Below are positions 8,289 to 15,851 of a stretch of 64,000 nucleotides of DNA, piece by piece (position 1 is the stretch's first letter; each line of letters starts with the position of its first letter). The notes under the pieces are model-generated. The model was not told the origin of the DNA and ran no database searches. It saw nothing but the letters and a program-made list of their open reading frames with translations. The stretch is from a virus. Location of the stretch: positions 11,217 to 75,216 of the IMG/VR virus record IMGVR_UViG_3300045996_002431; one strand, written 5' to 3'. A program made the translations under genes and the position numbers.

Positions 8289-9162
8289 TTTCCAAGAATT
8301 AAAAGAAGAATTGTTAGTAAAAGCAAAAGAAGCTAACGCCTGCTCTTCCGAATACAGGAGAGCGTATGGATCAGAAACCCAAGAACAGTTATTAAAAGTA
8401 GTATACGATAATTTAAGTTGGTGTTTTGATCATAAAATTATTTCTGACGAATATTTTTCAAAATTCGATCAAGAAATTTTCCTAAAATCAGGCCTCGCAA
8501 ATACAGGAGAATGTAATACTGGTTTTGCCAACGACGGATACGCCAACGCCGGAAACCGAAACGCCGGATACGCCAACGCCGGAAACTACAACGCCGGAAA
8601 CTACAACGCCGGATACGCCAACGCCGGAAACGACAACGCCGGAAACTACAACGCCGGAAACTACAACGCCGGAAACCGAAACGCCGGATACGCCAACGCC
8701 GGAAACGACAACGCCGGAAACGACAACGCCGGAAACGACAACGCCGGAAACTACAACGCCGGAAACTACAACGCCGGAAACTACAACGCCGGAAACCGAA
8801 ACGCCGGATACGCCAACGCCGGAAACGACAACGCCGGAGCCTTCAATACTATTCAATCTCCATACATGATGTTTAATAAGCCATCTGACTGGACTTTTGA
8901 GAAATTCAGAGATTCAACAGCCTTCGGTCTTCTTAATTCAATAGACACAACTCTTTGGATCCCATCAGACAATATGAGTGATCAAGAAAAGAAATATCAT
9001 CCATACCACGAAACGACTGGCGGTTACATTAAAAATATTCCTTTCAAAGAGGCTTTTACTAACCAATGGAATAATTGGTCAAATTCTGCTAAACAATCAT
9101 TTAAAGACCTGCCCAACTTTGATGCTGAAGTGTTTTTTAAAATAACCGGTGTAAAGATGTAA
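8281..9162 (+). CDS. pentapeptide (NAGxx)-repeat protein
   Basis: About 21 NAG(NY/ND/NR/YA) repeats followed by FNKPSDW...EKKYHPYHETTGGYIK...LPNFDAEVFFKITG, the typical C-terminus of phage NTGN/NSGD-repeat proteins. Confidence 0.8.
   Translation: MNNFQELKEELLVKAKEANACSSEYRRAYGSETQEQLLKVVYDNLSWCFDHKIISDEYFSKFDQEIFLKSGLANTGECNTGFANDGYANAGNRNAGYANAGNYNAGNYNAGYANAGNDNAGNYNAGNYNAGNRNAGYANAGNDNAGNDNAGNDNAGNYNAGNYNAGNYNAGNRNAGYANAGNDNAGAFNTIQSPYMMFNKPSDWTFEKFRDSTAFGLLNSIDTTLWIPSDNMSDQEKKYHPYHETTGGYIKNIPFKEAFTNQWNNWSNSAKQSFKDLPNFDAEVFFKITGVKM
8530..8838 (+). repeat. 15-bp tandem repeat, 20 full units plus a partial unit
   Basis: AACGCCGGA followed by AACTAC, AACGAC, AACCGA or TACGCC; the first unit has AACGACGGA. 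Confidence 0.95.
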
Positions 9163-9164
9163 TC

Positions 9165-9335
9165 ATGACAACTAGATTTGAAATAATACAGTGGCTTCAG
9201 GAAAAGGAAAGAGAGGCCATGAAGAATAAGACTGACAACGCATGGAACGCGGACATGGAAGAAGTCCGTTATGAAGAAGGAAGAATCGATCTCATAAATG
9301 AATTAATTGAAAAACTAGAAGAAGATGAACAATAA
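9165..9335 (+). CDS. small hypothetical protein (56 aa, below the track cut-off)
   Basis: Own translation MTTRFEIIQWLQEKERE...LINELIEKLEEDEQ*; fills the gap and overlaps the next start. Confidence 0.6.
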   Translation: MTTRFEIIQWLQEKEREAMKNKTDNAWNADMEEVRYEEGRIDLINELIEKLEEDEQ

Positions 9336-10719
9336 CCTCAAACTACAACAACTCGAAATCGAGAATTTTAAAGGCATTGGCGAGTTTCGCCGCCTGGACA
9401 TCAATGGACGATCATTTGTTATTATCGCAAAGAATGAGTCAGGTAAGTCATCACTGATTGATGCGATCATTAGTCCGGTAAATAAGAAAGTCGTTCCGTC
9501 TAAGCCAATCAAAAAAGGCGAGGAAAGAGCAACCATCAGAGAGGTCCTGGCTGGTGAGGTTAATGGAGAGCAACGCGAATATACTCTTGACCTTCATTTC
9601 ACACCATCTCAGCAGACGGGTAAATTAATCGTTTATAACGAGAAGGAAGAAAAGATCGCACGTCCGGGTCAGTTTCTCGATGATATCCTTGGCAACTGTT
9701 CGTTTGATGTTGAGGAGTTTCTTAGAGGAAGCAGAGCCGAAGATCGCGAACGTCGCCTGAAGTTATTACGTCAGCTTACAGGCAAGGAAAAAGAGCTTGA
9801 TGAATTGGATCGTCAGAAGAAAGAAACCGTCTCCAAGCGCGAGGAAATGAGCCGGGAGATCAAAACTCTCGACGCTAACGTATACTCGCATGGGATTACC
9901 GACGAGGAGTTTCAAAAGTACATGAATCCGCCCAAGGTTTCTCCCGAAGAAATTGAAAAGGAACTTAAGGACGTGCAGCCAAGGATCGACACCTACAATA
10001 AGCAAAAGGAAGAGTTTGCTAAGATCCTTAACCAGGTTGCTAATCTTGAGTCAGCGTCTTCCGCGAGCGAAATCGTAATTAAGGAACAGGAAGAATTAAT
10101 CAAGAACCTTAAAAATCAGATCGTAGCGGCGGAAAAACGAATCGAAACCAACCGCGACATCATCAAACAATCATCCGAAGCCATCGCGACTCACAAGGTT
10201 CGTATCGCAAAAGCAGAAAAATGGTTTGAGGCTCAGAAACTTCCGGATATTTCCGAAATTACTGATCGATTAAATGAAACCAACAAGCACATGAATACGT
10301 ACAAACGTATAGTTGAGTTTCAGGAAAAGCAGCAGACTCTCTTCAAGAAAAAACAAGAATATGAGAACCTATCAACAAGCATCGATGAAATTGACAGACG
10401 AAAGGCGGGAATTATTGCGAAATCGAACCTGCCTGTTGCCGGACTCACGTTTGACGAGAGTGGGATATATCTCAATGGCCTACCTCTCGAATCCGGACAG
10501 ATCAACTCCGCAAAAATACTTGAGGTTGGTGAAGAAATATCGATGGCTCTCAACCCAGGCCTCAAAGTCTTATTTGTTAGAGATGGATCTCTTTACGATT
10601 CGGAGAACCTTAAGCGTCTTGTATCTAAGGCAGAATCTAGGGGTTATCAAGTCATCATTGAGATTGTTGGAGACAATCAGGAACTTGAAATAAAGTGGAC
10701 TGAAGATTATTTTAAATAG
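9325..10719 (+). CDS. SMC/Rad50(SbcC)-like coiled-coil ATPase
   Basis: LEIENFKGI, Walker A AKNESGKSS, long central coiled coil, degenerate signature QINSA and Walker B-like LFVRDG. Confidence 0.8.
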   Translation: MNNNLKLQQLEIENFKGIGEFRRLDINGRSFVIIAKNESGKSSLIDAIISPVNKKVVPSKPIKKGEERATIREVLAGEVNGEQREYTLDLHFTPSQQTGKLIVYNEKEEKIARPGQFLDDILGNCSFDVEEFLRGSRAEDRERRLKLLRQLTGKEKELDELDRQKKETVSKREEMSREIKTLDANVYSHGITDEEFQKYMNPPKVSPEEIEKELKDVQPRIDTYNKQKEEFAKILNQVANLESASSASEIVIKEQEELIKNLKNQIVAAEKRIETNRDIIKQSSEAIATHKVRIAKAEKWFEAQKLPDISEITDRLNETNKHMNTYKRIVEFQEKQQTLFKKKQEYENLSTSIDEIDRRKAGIIAKSNLPVAGLTFDESGIYLNGLPLESGQINSAKILEVGEEISMALNPGLKVLFVRDGSLYDSENLKRLVSKAESRGYQVIIEIVGDNQELEIKWTEDYFK

Positions 10720-10730
10720 CTAACGGTTGC

Positions 10731-10777
10731 ATGTTGATCCGTGTGCAATGGAAGATAGCCTAGAACGGATCCCACAT
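10731..10777 (+). ncRNA. intergenic hairpin (element 1 of the RNA array)
   Basis: GATCCGT (10736-42) pairs with ACGGATC (10765-71), extended by ATGT/ACAT. Confidence 0.45.
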
Positions 10778-10783
10778 TAAAAG

Positions 10784-10870
10784 ACAGGGAAGGATATTGT
10801 ACACGCGAATGGTAGTAGTCTACTGGGTGACGAGGTTCAATGCAAGTGCGGTAGTCGGCACACTCCCTGT
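10784..10870 (+). ncRNA. 87-nt structured RNA closed by a 7-bp stem (element 2; possibly a degenerate tRNA)
   Basis: ACAGGGA/TCCCTGT terminal stem, GTGC/GCAC hairpin next to the 3' strand, internal GGTTCAA. Confidence 0.45.
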
Positions 10871-10878
10871 TTAAATAA

Positions 10879-11097
10879 GCACCTGTGGCGGAAATGGAAG
10901 ACGCACTACCTTGAATGGTAACACAGAGACTCGCGGGTTTTACGCTGGCGAGAAGTCGAATACCATAATGCCTATCGCTGATCGAAAAGGAAGTTACCTC
11001 GAAAGAGATATTGTACAATAGATCGAAATGGAAAGCCAGTAGTTAGTACAGATAGGAGAGAAAGACTTGTATGGAGGTTCGAATCCTTCCAGGTGCT
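10879..11097 (+). ncRNA. tRNA-Leu-like RNA with a ~150-nt structured insertion (element 3)
   Basis: Acceptor GCACCTG/CAGGTGC; D arm TGGCGGAAATGGAAGACGC; anticodon-arm remnant CTACCTTGAATGGTA; T arm GGAGG-TTCGAAT-CCTTC; 219 nt in total. Confidence 0.75.
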
Positions 11098-11106
11098 CAA
11101 AAAATT

Positions 11107-11120
11107 AAGTTCTTTAAAAT
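11107..11120 (+). promoter_or_regulatory. boxA-like antitermination element
   Basis: AAGTTCTTTAAAAT resembles rrn boxA (GYTCTTTRAMA) and sits between structured RNA elements. Confidence 0.45.
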
Positions 11121-11122
11121 AG

Positions 11123-11260
11123 TGTCGCTAAGACGAAGTGAATACAGTGGCCTATAACGATCATAGATGTGGTTTTGGCTTATAATCAAAACATCACTAA
11201 GGTGATTCGCACCCGGCAAGGTCGCTCCCCAACGAGCATTGCATTCACCTCTTAGCGACA
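11123..11260 (+). ncRNA. 138-nt multibranch RNA (element 4)
   Basis: TGTCGCTAAGA/TCTTAGCGACA perfect 11 bp, then GTGAATaCAGTG/CATTGcATTCAC, enclosing hairpins GATGT..TTTTG/CAAAACATC, GGTG-ATTCG-CACC and GCTC/GAGC. Confidence 0.6.
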
Positions 11261-11279
11261 ACCTTATTAAAAAAAAACC

Positions 11280-11492
11280 ATGAGTGACGCAAAATTATTT
11301 ATCGTAATCGGGATCACGTTCTACGTGATTTGGATTCTAAGTTGGCTTTTTTCTATCTACAAGTGGACCCTTGACGATAAGAAAAACAAAATACCATACT
11401 ATCGTTCTGAAGTTGGTATACTCTATGACATGTGGATGCTTGCAGTAACCGGATTGTTGATAATTTGTTTCGTATTCTTAAACATTTTTTAG
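11280..11492 (+). CDS. small membrane protein
   Basis: Two TM segments, A-rich leader. Confidence 0.6.
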   Translation: MSDAKLFIVIGITFYVIWILSWLFSIYKWTLDDKKNKIPYYRSEVGILYDMWMLAVTGLLIICFVFLNIF

Positions 11493-11726
11493 ATGAAACC
11501 TGAGAATATTTTTCTTATCTTTCTGATCCTGGAGTTGAGTTATGTGATCACATTTATTTGGTCATACATATCATGGAATCGACACAAAAGATTCGTTGAT
11601 TACTTAACCTTCAGGCACCTTACACTTCTGTGGTTTCTTCTTGACATGATCCACGGAATTATATACACGATTGCTCTTGTTGCCGGGGCCTTCGCGTTAC
11701 TCTTACAGGCAGTTAGGATTATATGA
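11493..11726 (+). CDS. small membrane protein
   Basis: Two TM segments; abuts the upstream gene and overlaps the helicase start. Confidence 0.6.
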   Translation: MKPENIFLIFLILELSYVITFIWSYISWNRHKRFVDYLTFRHLTLLWFLLDMIHGIIYTIALVAGAFALLLQAVRII

Positions 11727-13381
11727 GACAAATAGAATTTCCGGACCGTTACACAATTAAAATGAATAAGGCCATTTGGTCTGAGCAGGAACTTTCTCTT
11801 GCGGCGTGTTATAGTTTTAAGGTTTCCGCCGAGGAAAACTTCACTTCAGTGATCTGTAACATTAAAAGAACATCCAGGCAATCAGTTGAGAATTTTATCT
11901 CGCTGGCTTTTCAGGCCCTTGTTCAAAGTCCTCTTCGGGAGAACGAAAGGAAAACTACTTTCGCTCACATCGACAAAATGTACCTTGATATGATTACTGC
12001 CAGGGACGGGATCATGAGTGACAGATTGAAGTATTGGTCCATGCTCCGAGAATATCAGAAAGAGTCTGTTATGCTCATGACCGGAAGGAAACACAACCTT
12101 CTTTCACTTCAGCAGGGTATGGGAAAGTCAATCACCGCAGCAACCGTCTCTCGTGCTCTTAAAATCCGTCGCACCCTCATCATCTGTATTCCTGTAGCCA
12201 AATGGAATTGGCAAGATGACCTTTGTACAAAATTCGGATACAATCAACTGTATTTCTCGATCCTTGACAGCAAGAAATCCAAAACAATTAAGGCCCTGTC
12301 GCCATACCATGAGCGGTTCGTGATCACGCATTACGACGCCATCCCCAAGCACATGGATTACATTCTTTCTGCACCAATTGATCATATCATAATAGATGAG
12401 TCGCAATTCATTAAAAACACAAATACTGCCAGGTATAAGCTTATTTCACGAATCGTTGAAGCCAATCCCCAGGCCAAGATCTCATTCCTCTCCGGAACTC
12501 CAATCAAAAATAGAGTCGATGATCTCTTTGCGTACTTCAAGCTCGCCGGACATGAACTCGGCAAGAACAGAGCGAAGTTTATCAGGGAGTATGCGAAGAC
12601 CGGCCAGGGCAGGAACCTCGACAAAGTAGTAGGGGCAAGAAACATGGATCAGTTATCCATGAACATGGCGAACTTCATGATCCGTAAAACCAAGAAGGAC
12701 TGCCCGGAAATTCCTGACAAAACTTACATGAAGGTAGTAATGGAACTCGGAGATTACCGGGAAGAGTACGATCGCATCATGCTCGAGCTTCTTCAGTCAA
12801 AGGATCGAGGCGCAATCAATGGCCATATCATCTCAATGAACAGGATCTTTGCAATGGCAAAGGTTAAACCGGCCACAGAGATGATTGAGGACCTTATAGA
12901 CAAAGGTGAGAAGGTTGTGGTATTCACGTCCTACAAAGATCCGATACGCGAACTGGAGGCTTATTTTGGCGACAGGTGCGTTAAAGTTGACGGAGACGTT
13001 GACCACTCAGAGAGATTCGTTCGCGTGAAGAAATTTGTGAACGATCCTAAATGCATGGTCTTCCTTGGCAACATGATCGCAGCCGGGACCTCACTTAATC
13101 TTACAGTTTCATCAGAAGTAATATTCCTAAACTACCCATTCACGGCCACCGAGATCGATCAGGCTGTTGATAGAACTCACCGCATCGGACAAGAGAATAA
13201 AGTTAACGTTTATTTTCTTACCTGTAAAGATACAATTGACGAAAATATTTATAACTTAGTCGCATCGAAGCAGGGGGAAATAAATCAGATCATCGACGGG
13301 GGAGACGGCCTAGATTACGGATCCGACGTCAAAGAGAAACTTTATCAAATGTTCACCAATCAACCAGCAATATGTCAGTAG
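11723..13381 (+). CDS. SNF2-family helicase/translocase
   Basis: LREYQ, QGMGKS, IIDESQ, LSGTPIKN, AAGTSLNLT, QAVDRTHRIGQ. Confidence 0.92.
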   Translation: MRQIEFPDRYTIKMNKAIWSEQELSLAACYSFKVSAEENFTSVICNIKRTSRQSVENFISLAFQALVQSPLRENERKTTFAHIDKMYLDMITARDGIMSDRLKYWSMLREYQKESVMLMTGRKHNLLSLQQGMGKSITAATVSRALKIRRTLIICIPVAKWNWQDDLCTKFGYNQLYFSILDSKKSKTIKALSPYHERFVITHYDAIPKHMDYILSAPIDHIIIDESQFIKNTNTARYKLISRIVEANPQAKISFLSGTPIKNRVDDLFAYFKLAGHELGKNRAKFIREYAKTGQGRNLDKVVGARNMDQLSMNMANFMIRKTKKDCPEIPDKTYMKVVMELGDYREEYDRIMLELLQSKDRGAINGHIISMNRIFAMAKVKPATEMIEDLIDKGEKVVVFTSYKDPIRELEAYFGDRCVKVDGDVDHSERFVRVKKFVNDPKCMVFLGNMIAAGTSLNLTVSSEVIFLNYPFTATEIDQAVDRTHRIGQENKVNVYFLTCKDTIDENIYNLVASKQGEINQIIDGGDGLDYGSDVKEKLYQMFTNQPAICQ

Positions 13382-13575
13382 TTTTAAAAGTCAATGTTAA
13401 CGACGAATTTCTAAAAGAAAATTTCCAGGTATTTAAAGATGAGGTTTATCAATCACATCACAACGAGTGGGGCAAAGACAAGAATGGATTCGAGCAACGA
13501 GCCTACCTGATCAATACTCCAAACGACAGAGCAGTCGTTCTTTATAAATCTGAAATAGATATCCTAAGTGAGTAA
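13372..13575 (+). CDS. hypothetical protein
   Basis: 67-aa ORF overlapping both neighbours. Confidence 0.55.
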   Translation: MSVVLKVNVNDEFLKENFQVFKDEVYQSHHNEWGKDKNGFEQRAYLINTPNDRAVVLYKSEIDILSE

Positions 13576-13939
13576 ATCCCTATTCACATATCCTACAGAA
13601 ATTCCAAAGAGCGCCATGAATGATTATGTTATGGTGAGTAAATACAACCACGCTGAAATGATAAAGCTTGGGAGAATCTACTACGTCATTGACACTACTT
13701 TTCATAAGCCTCATTTAATGGGAGTGTATTGCATATATCCGTGTCTTCGGCCGAATTCAACATTAGTCGTGAAGGGCGATCATTCTACTCCTCGCGCCAA
13801 TTATGAAGTTTTCTGCAAGGATGGTCAAAAGTATGATGACTGGAAGGATGGATACGATTCAGTTATTAAGATGTACGAGAACTCAGGCATGCTATATGTT
13901 AAAAAAGGAGAAAAACTCGTAAAGTTCGAATTTAGGTAG
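13568..13939 (+). CDS. hypothetical protein
   Basis: 123-aa ORF, GTG start. Confidence 0.6.
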   Translation: MSKSLFTYPTEIPKSAMNDYVMVSKYNHAEMIKLGRIYYVIDTTFHKPHLMGVYCIYPCLRPNSTLVVKGDHSTPRANYEVFCKDGQKYDDWKDGYDSVIKMYENSGMLYVKKGEKLVKFEFR

Positions 13940-13988
13940 TAATTTCGAAACCTCTGCAATAAGAATTGCGTATAAGACCAAAAAAACT

Positions 13989-14204
13989 ATGATAGTGTTA
14001 ATTATAATCCTGGCTTATGTGGCCAGTGTTTTTCTGAACAGGTGGATGAATAAGTTACTGTATAAGTGGGATATTGAAATCGAACCGAATCCCACGGCCT
14101 GGTTTCTTTCATTAATATGCACCGTGTTACTTATCTTTGTGTTCTTTTCAATTTTGATCGAGAAAAACAGGAGTTGGTTCATTGGAGAAAACTGGAAAAG
14201 ATAA
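13989..14204 (+). CDS. small membrane protein
   Basis: Two hydrophobic helices. Confidence 0.6.
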   Translation: MIVLIIILAYVASVFLNRWMNKLLYKWDIEIEPNPTAWFLSLICTVLLIFVFFSILIEKNRSWFIGENWKR

Positions 14205-14207
14205 ACT

Positions 14208-15350
14208 ATGAGCAAAACCACAATAATTTTCGAAAAAGATCAGATCATCAATGACCTGATAAGAATCTACAACATCGTTCCATCGAAGCCACTTGTGCCG
14301 ATACACGACTACTACCTGTTTCATGTCGTGGATATGCACACATGTCACATCTATGCCTCTGACGCTACAATGACGATCAGGGCCACGGCACAGGTTCAGG
14401 CAGATGCTGATAATTTCAGATTCTGTATTCCGGCAAAACTCTTCACCGAGACAGTGAAACTTCTTCACGAGCCAACCTTCACCCTGACAGTAAAAGATAA
14501 CGTCTGTCAGCTAAAATCAGGAAAGTCTAAGTTTAAACTACCTACGGAGAATCCCGACTTCTTTGTAATGATCGAAGAAGGTGCTCAGAAATCTGAAGTG
14601 TCAATTCTTGGACTTCAGTTTAAAGATGCCTTCCGCGTAGCTTCATCGTTCATCAATAAGAAACAGGACACCGCGCTAAAGAATGTAAACCTTTCAATCA
14701 GGGATAATAAACTGGTTGTGATCGGTGGTCAGACAGTTTGTTTATCAAAGAATAACATAGCGCCACACTCACTCACTTCATTCGAGGAAACATCTATTCC
14801 GCTGGGAACGGCCAAGATTCTTCAGACGCTGTTTCAGGATAAGGATATTGTAGATGTTTATCACGACGGACGTACCGCGATGGTGAGTAATAGTTCTCTT
14901 AAGTTGATCTTTACTCTATTCGTAGGAAAGTATCCAAACACATCTACCCTTTTCAGCAGGGATAAATGTCAATACTTCAGGATCTCAACTTCATATCTAC
15001 TTGAGGCTGTAAAGCGAGTTGAGTTGTATTCAGAGGAAGGTTCGTATCAATCGATATTTACTATTTCCGCCGAGAATTTATCAATTACGACTGACGCACC
15101 GGAATCCGGGAAGGCAGCAGAAGAACATCTTGAGATTATTTCTCCACAGGAATTTACAGTGGCTCTTCCTTCGAATCAATTGATCGAGGTATTGAGTTCT
15201 CTCACGGACCAGGACACTCTTAATACAGAGTCGATAAGGTTCTATATGCCCGACACTCCTAAGAAACCAATCATCATAACCGATGACAGTGATTCGCCAA
15301 GCAGGGAGTTTTTAATTTCACCAATGATGATAAATAAACCAAAACCATGA
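14208..15350 (+). CDS. dnaN: DNA polymerase III beta sliding clamp
   Basis: 380 aa; KP..PI..Y.LF, ASD..MTI, IPAKLF, SGKSKFKL, GKYPN, L.EAVKRV, KPIII, FLISPM follow DnaN landmarks. Confidence 0.85.
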   Translation: MSKTTIIFEKDQIINDLIRIYNIVPSKPLVPIHDYYLFHVVDMHTCHIYASDATMTIRATAQVQADADNFRFCIPAKLFTETVKLLHEPTFTLTVKDNVCQLKSGKSKFKLPTENPDFFVMIEEGAQKSEVSILGLQFKDAFRVASSFINKKQDTALKNVNLSIRDNKLVVIGGQTVCLSKNNIAPHSLTSFEETSIPLGTAKILQTLFQDKDIVDVYHDGRTAMVSNSSLKLIFTLFVGKYPNTSTLFSRDKCQYFRISTSYLLEAVKRVELYSEEGSYQSIFTISAENLSITTDAPESGKAAEEHLEIISPQEFTVALPSNQLIEVLSSLTDQDTLNTESIRFYMPDTPKKPIIITDDSDSPSREFLISPMMINKPKP

Positions 15351-15739
15351 CAATAAACGACATGCGAGATAAGGCATATGCCAACTCGAAATCAAAAGGA
15401 TTCCATGATGAGCCGGTGGAATTTGGAACGCGGCTTGCTCTTATTCATTCTGAAGTTTCTGAAGCTCTTGAGGCCCATAGGAAGGGCGGAAGTTTAAGTA
15501 ACCTTGAAGACTTCAAATTAAATTACGATTGGAGATTAAGGAACGGCGAGGACGAGGCGACTGCGTTTAAAATGGCTTTTGAAAATCACATAAAAGATTC
15601 GGTTGGAGATGAATTATCAGATGCCATGATAAGAATCGGAGATCTTACCGGGCTTATGAAGATAGACATCCAGGAACACGTTCGTTTAAAAATGCGTTAC
15701 AACTCAATGAGACCACATAAGCATGGAAAAAACTACTAA
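15347..15739 (+). CDS. MazG-like NTP pyrophosphohydrolase
   Basis: KGFH...LALIHSEVSEALEA.RK...DELSDAMIRIGDL...KMRYN..R..KHGK. Confidence 0.85.
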   Translation: MTINDMRDKAYANSKSKGFHDEPVEFGTRLALIHSEVSEALEAHRKGGSLSNLEDFKLNYDWRLRNGEDEATAFKMAFENHIKDSVGDELSDAMIRIGDLTGLMKIDIQEHVRLKMRYNSMRPHKHGKNY

Positions 15740-15851
15740 GCCGGGATCATACGACCAGGAAGGTCGTTACAATCCAACAGATAAAGAGTTAAATAAAACT
15801 TTGCTAATCGTGATCGCAATCGCTATATTAGCGGTCCTTGGTCATTAATCT

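Noticed and set aside
8530-8838. CRISPR array or DGR template/variable repeat (AAC-rich; three variants differ from AACAAC only at A)
   Set aside because: No unique spacers; it is an in-frame tandem repeat. No reverse transcriptase or separate TR/VR pair is in the window, and the AACCGA variant breaks the adenine-only rule.
8488-8869. Alternative-frame ORFs (SGVVV on -, TTPET on +)
   Set aside because: By-products of the stop-free 15-bp repeat; the NAG frame has sensible flanking domains.
10707-11018. 103-aa minus-strand ORF
   Set aside because: Antisense to a + strand operon, overlaps the tRNA-like RNA, and has no protein-like features.
10879-11097. tmRNA or a functional tRNA-Phe(GAA)/Leu
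   Set aside because: No Ala acceptor identity (G3:U70); has a full D arm; too short for tmRNA; the anticodon loop is 6 nt and the variable region ~150 nt.
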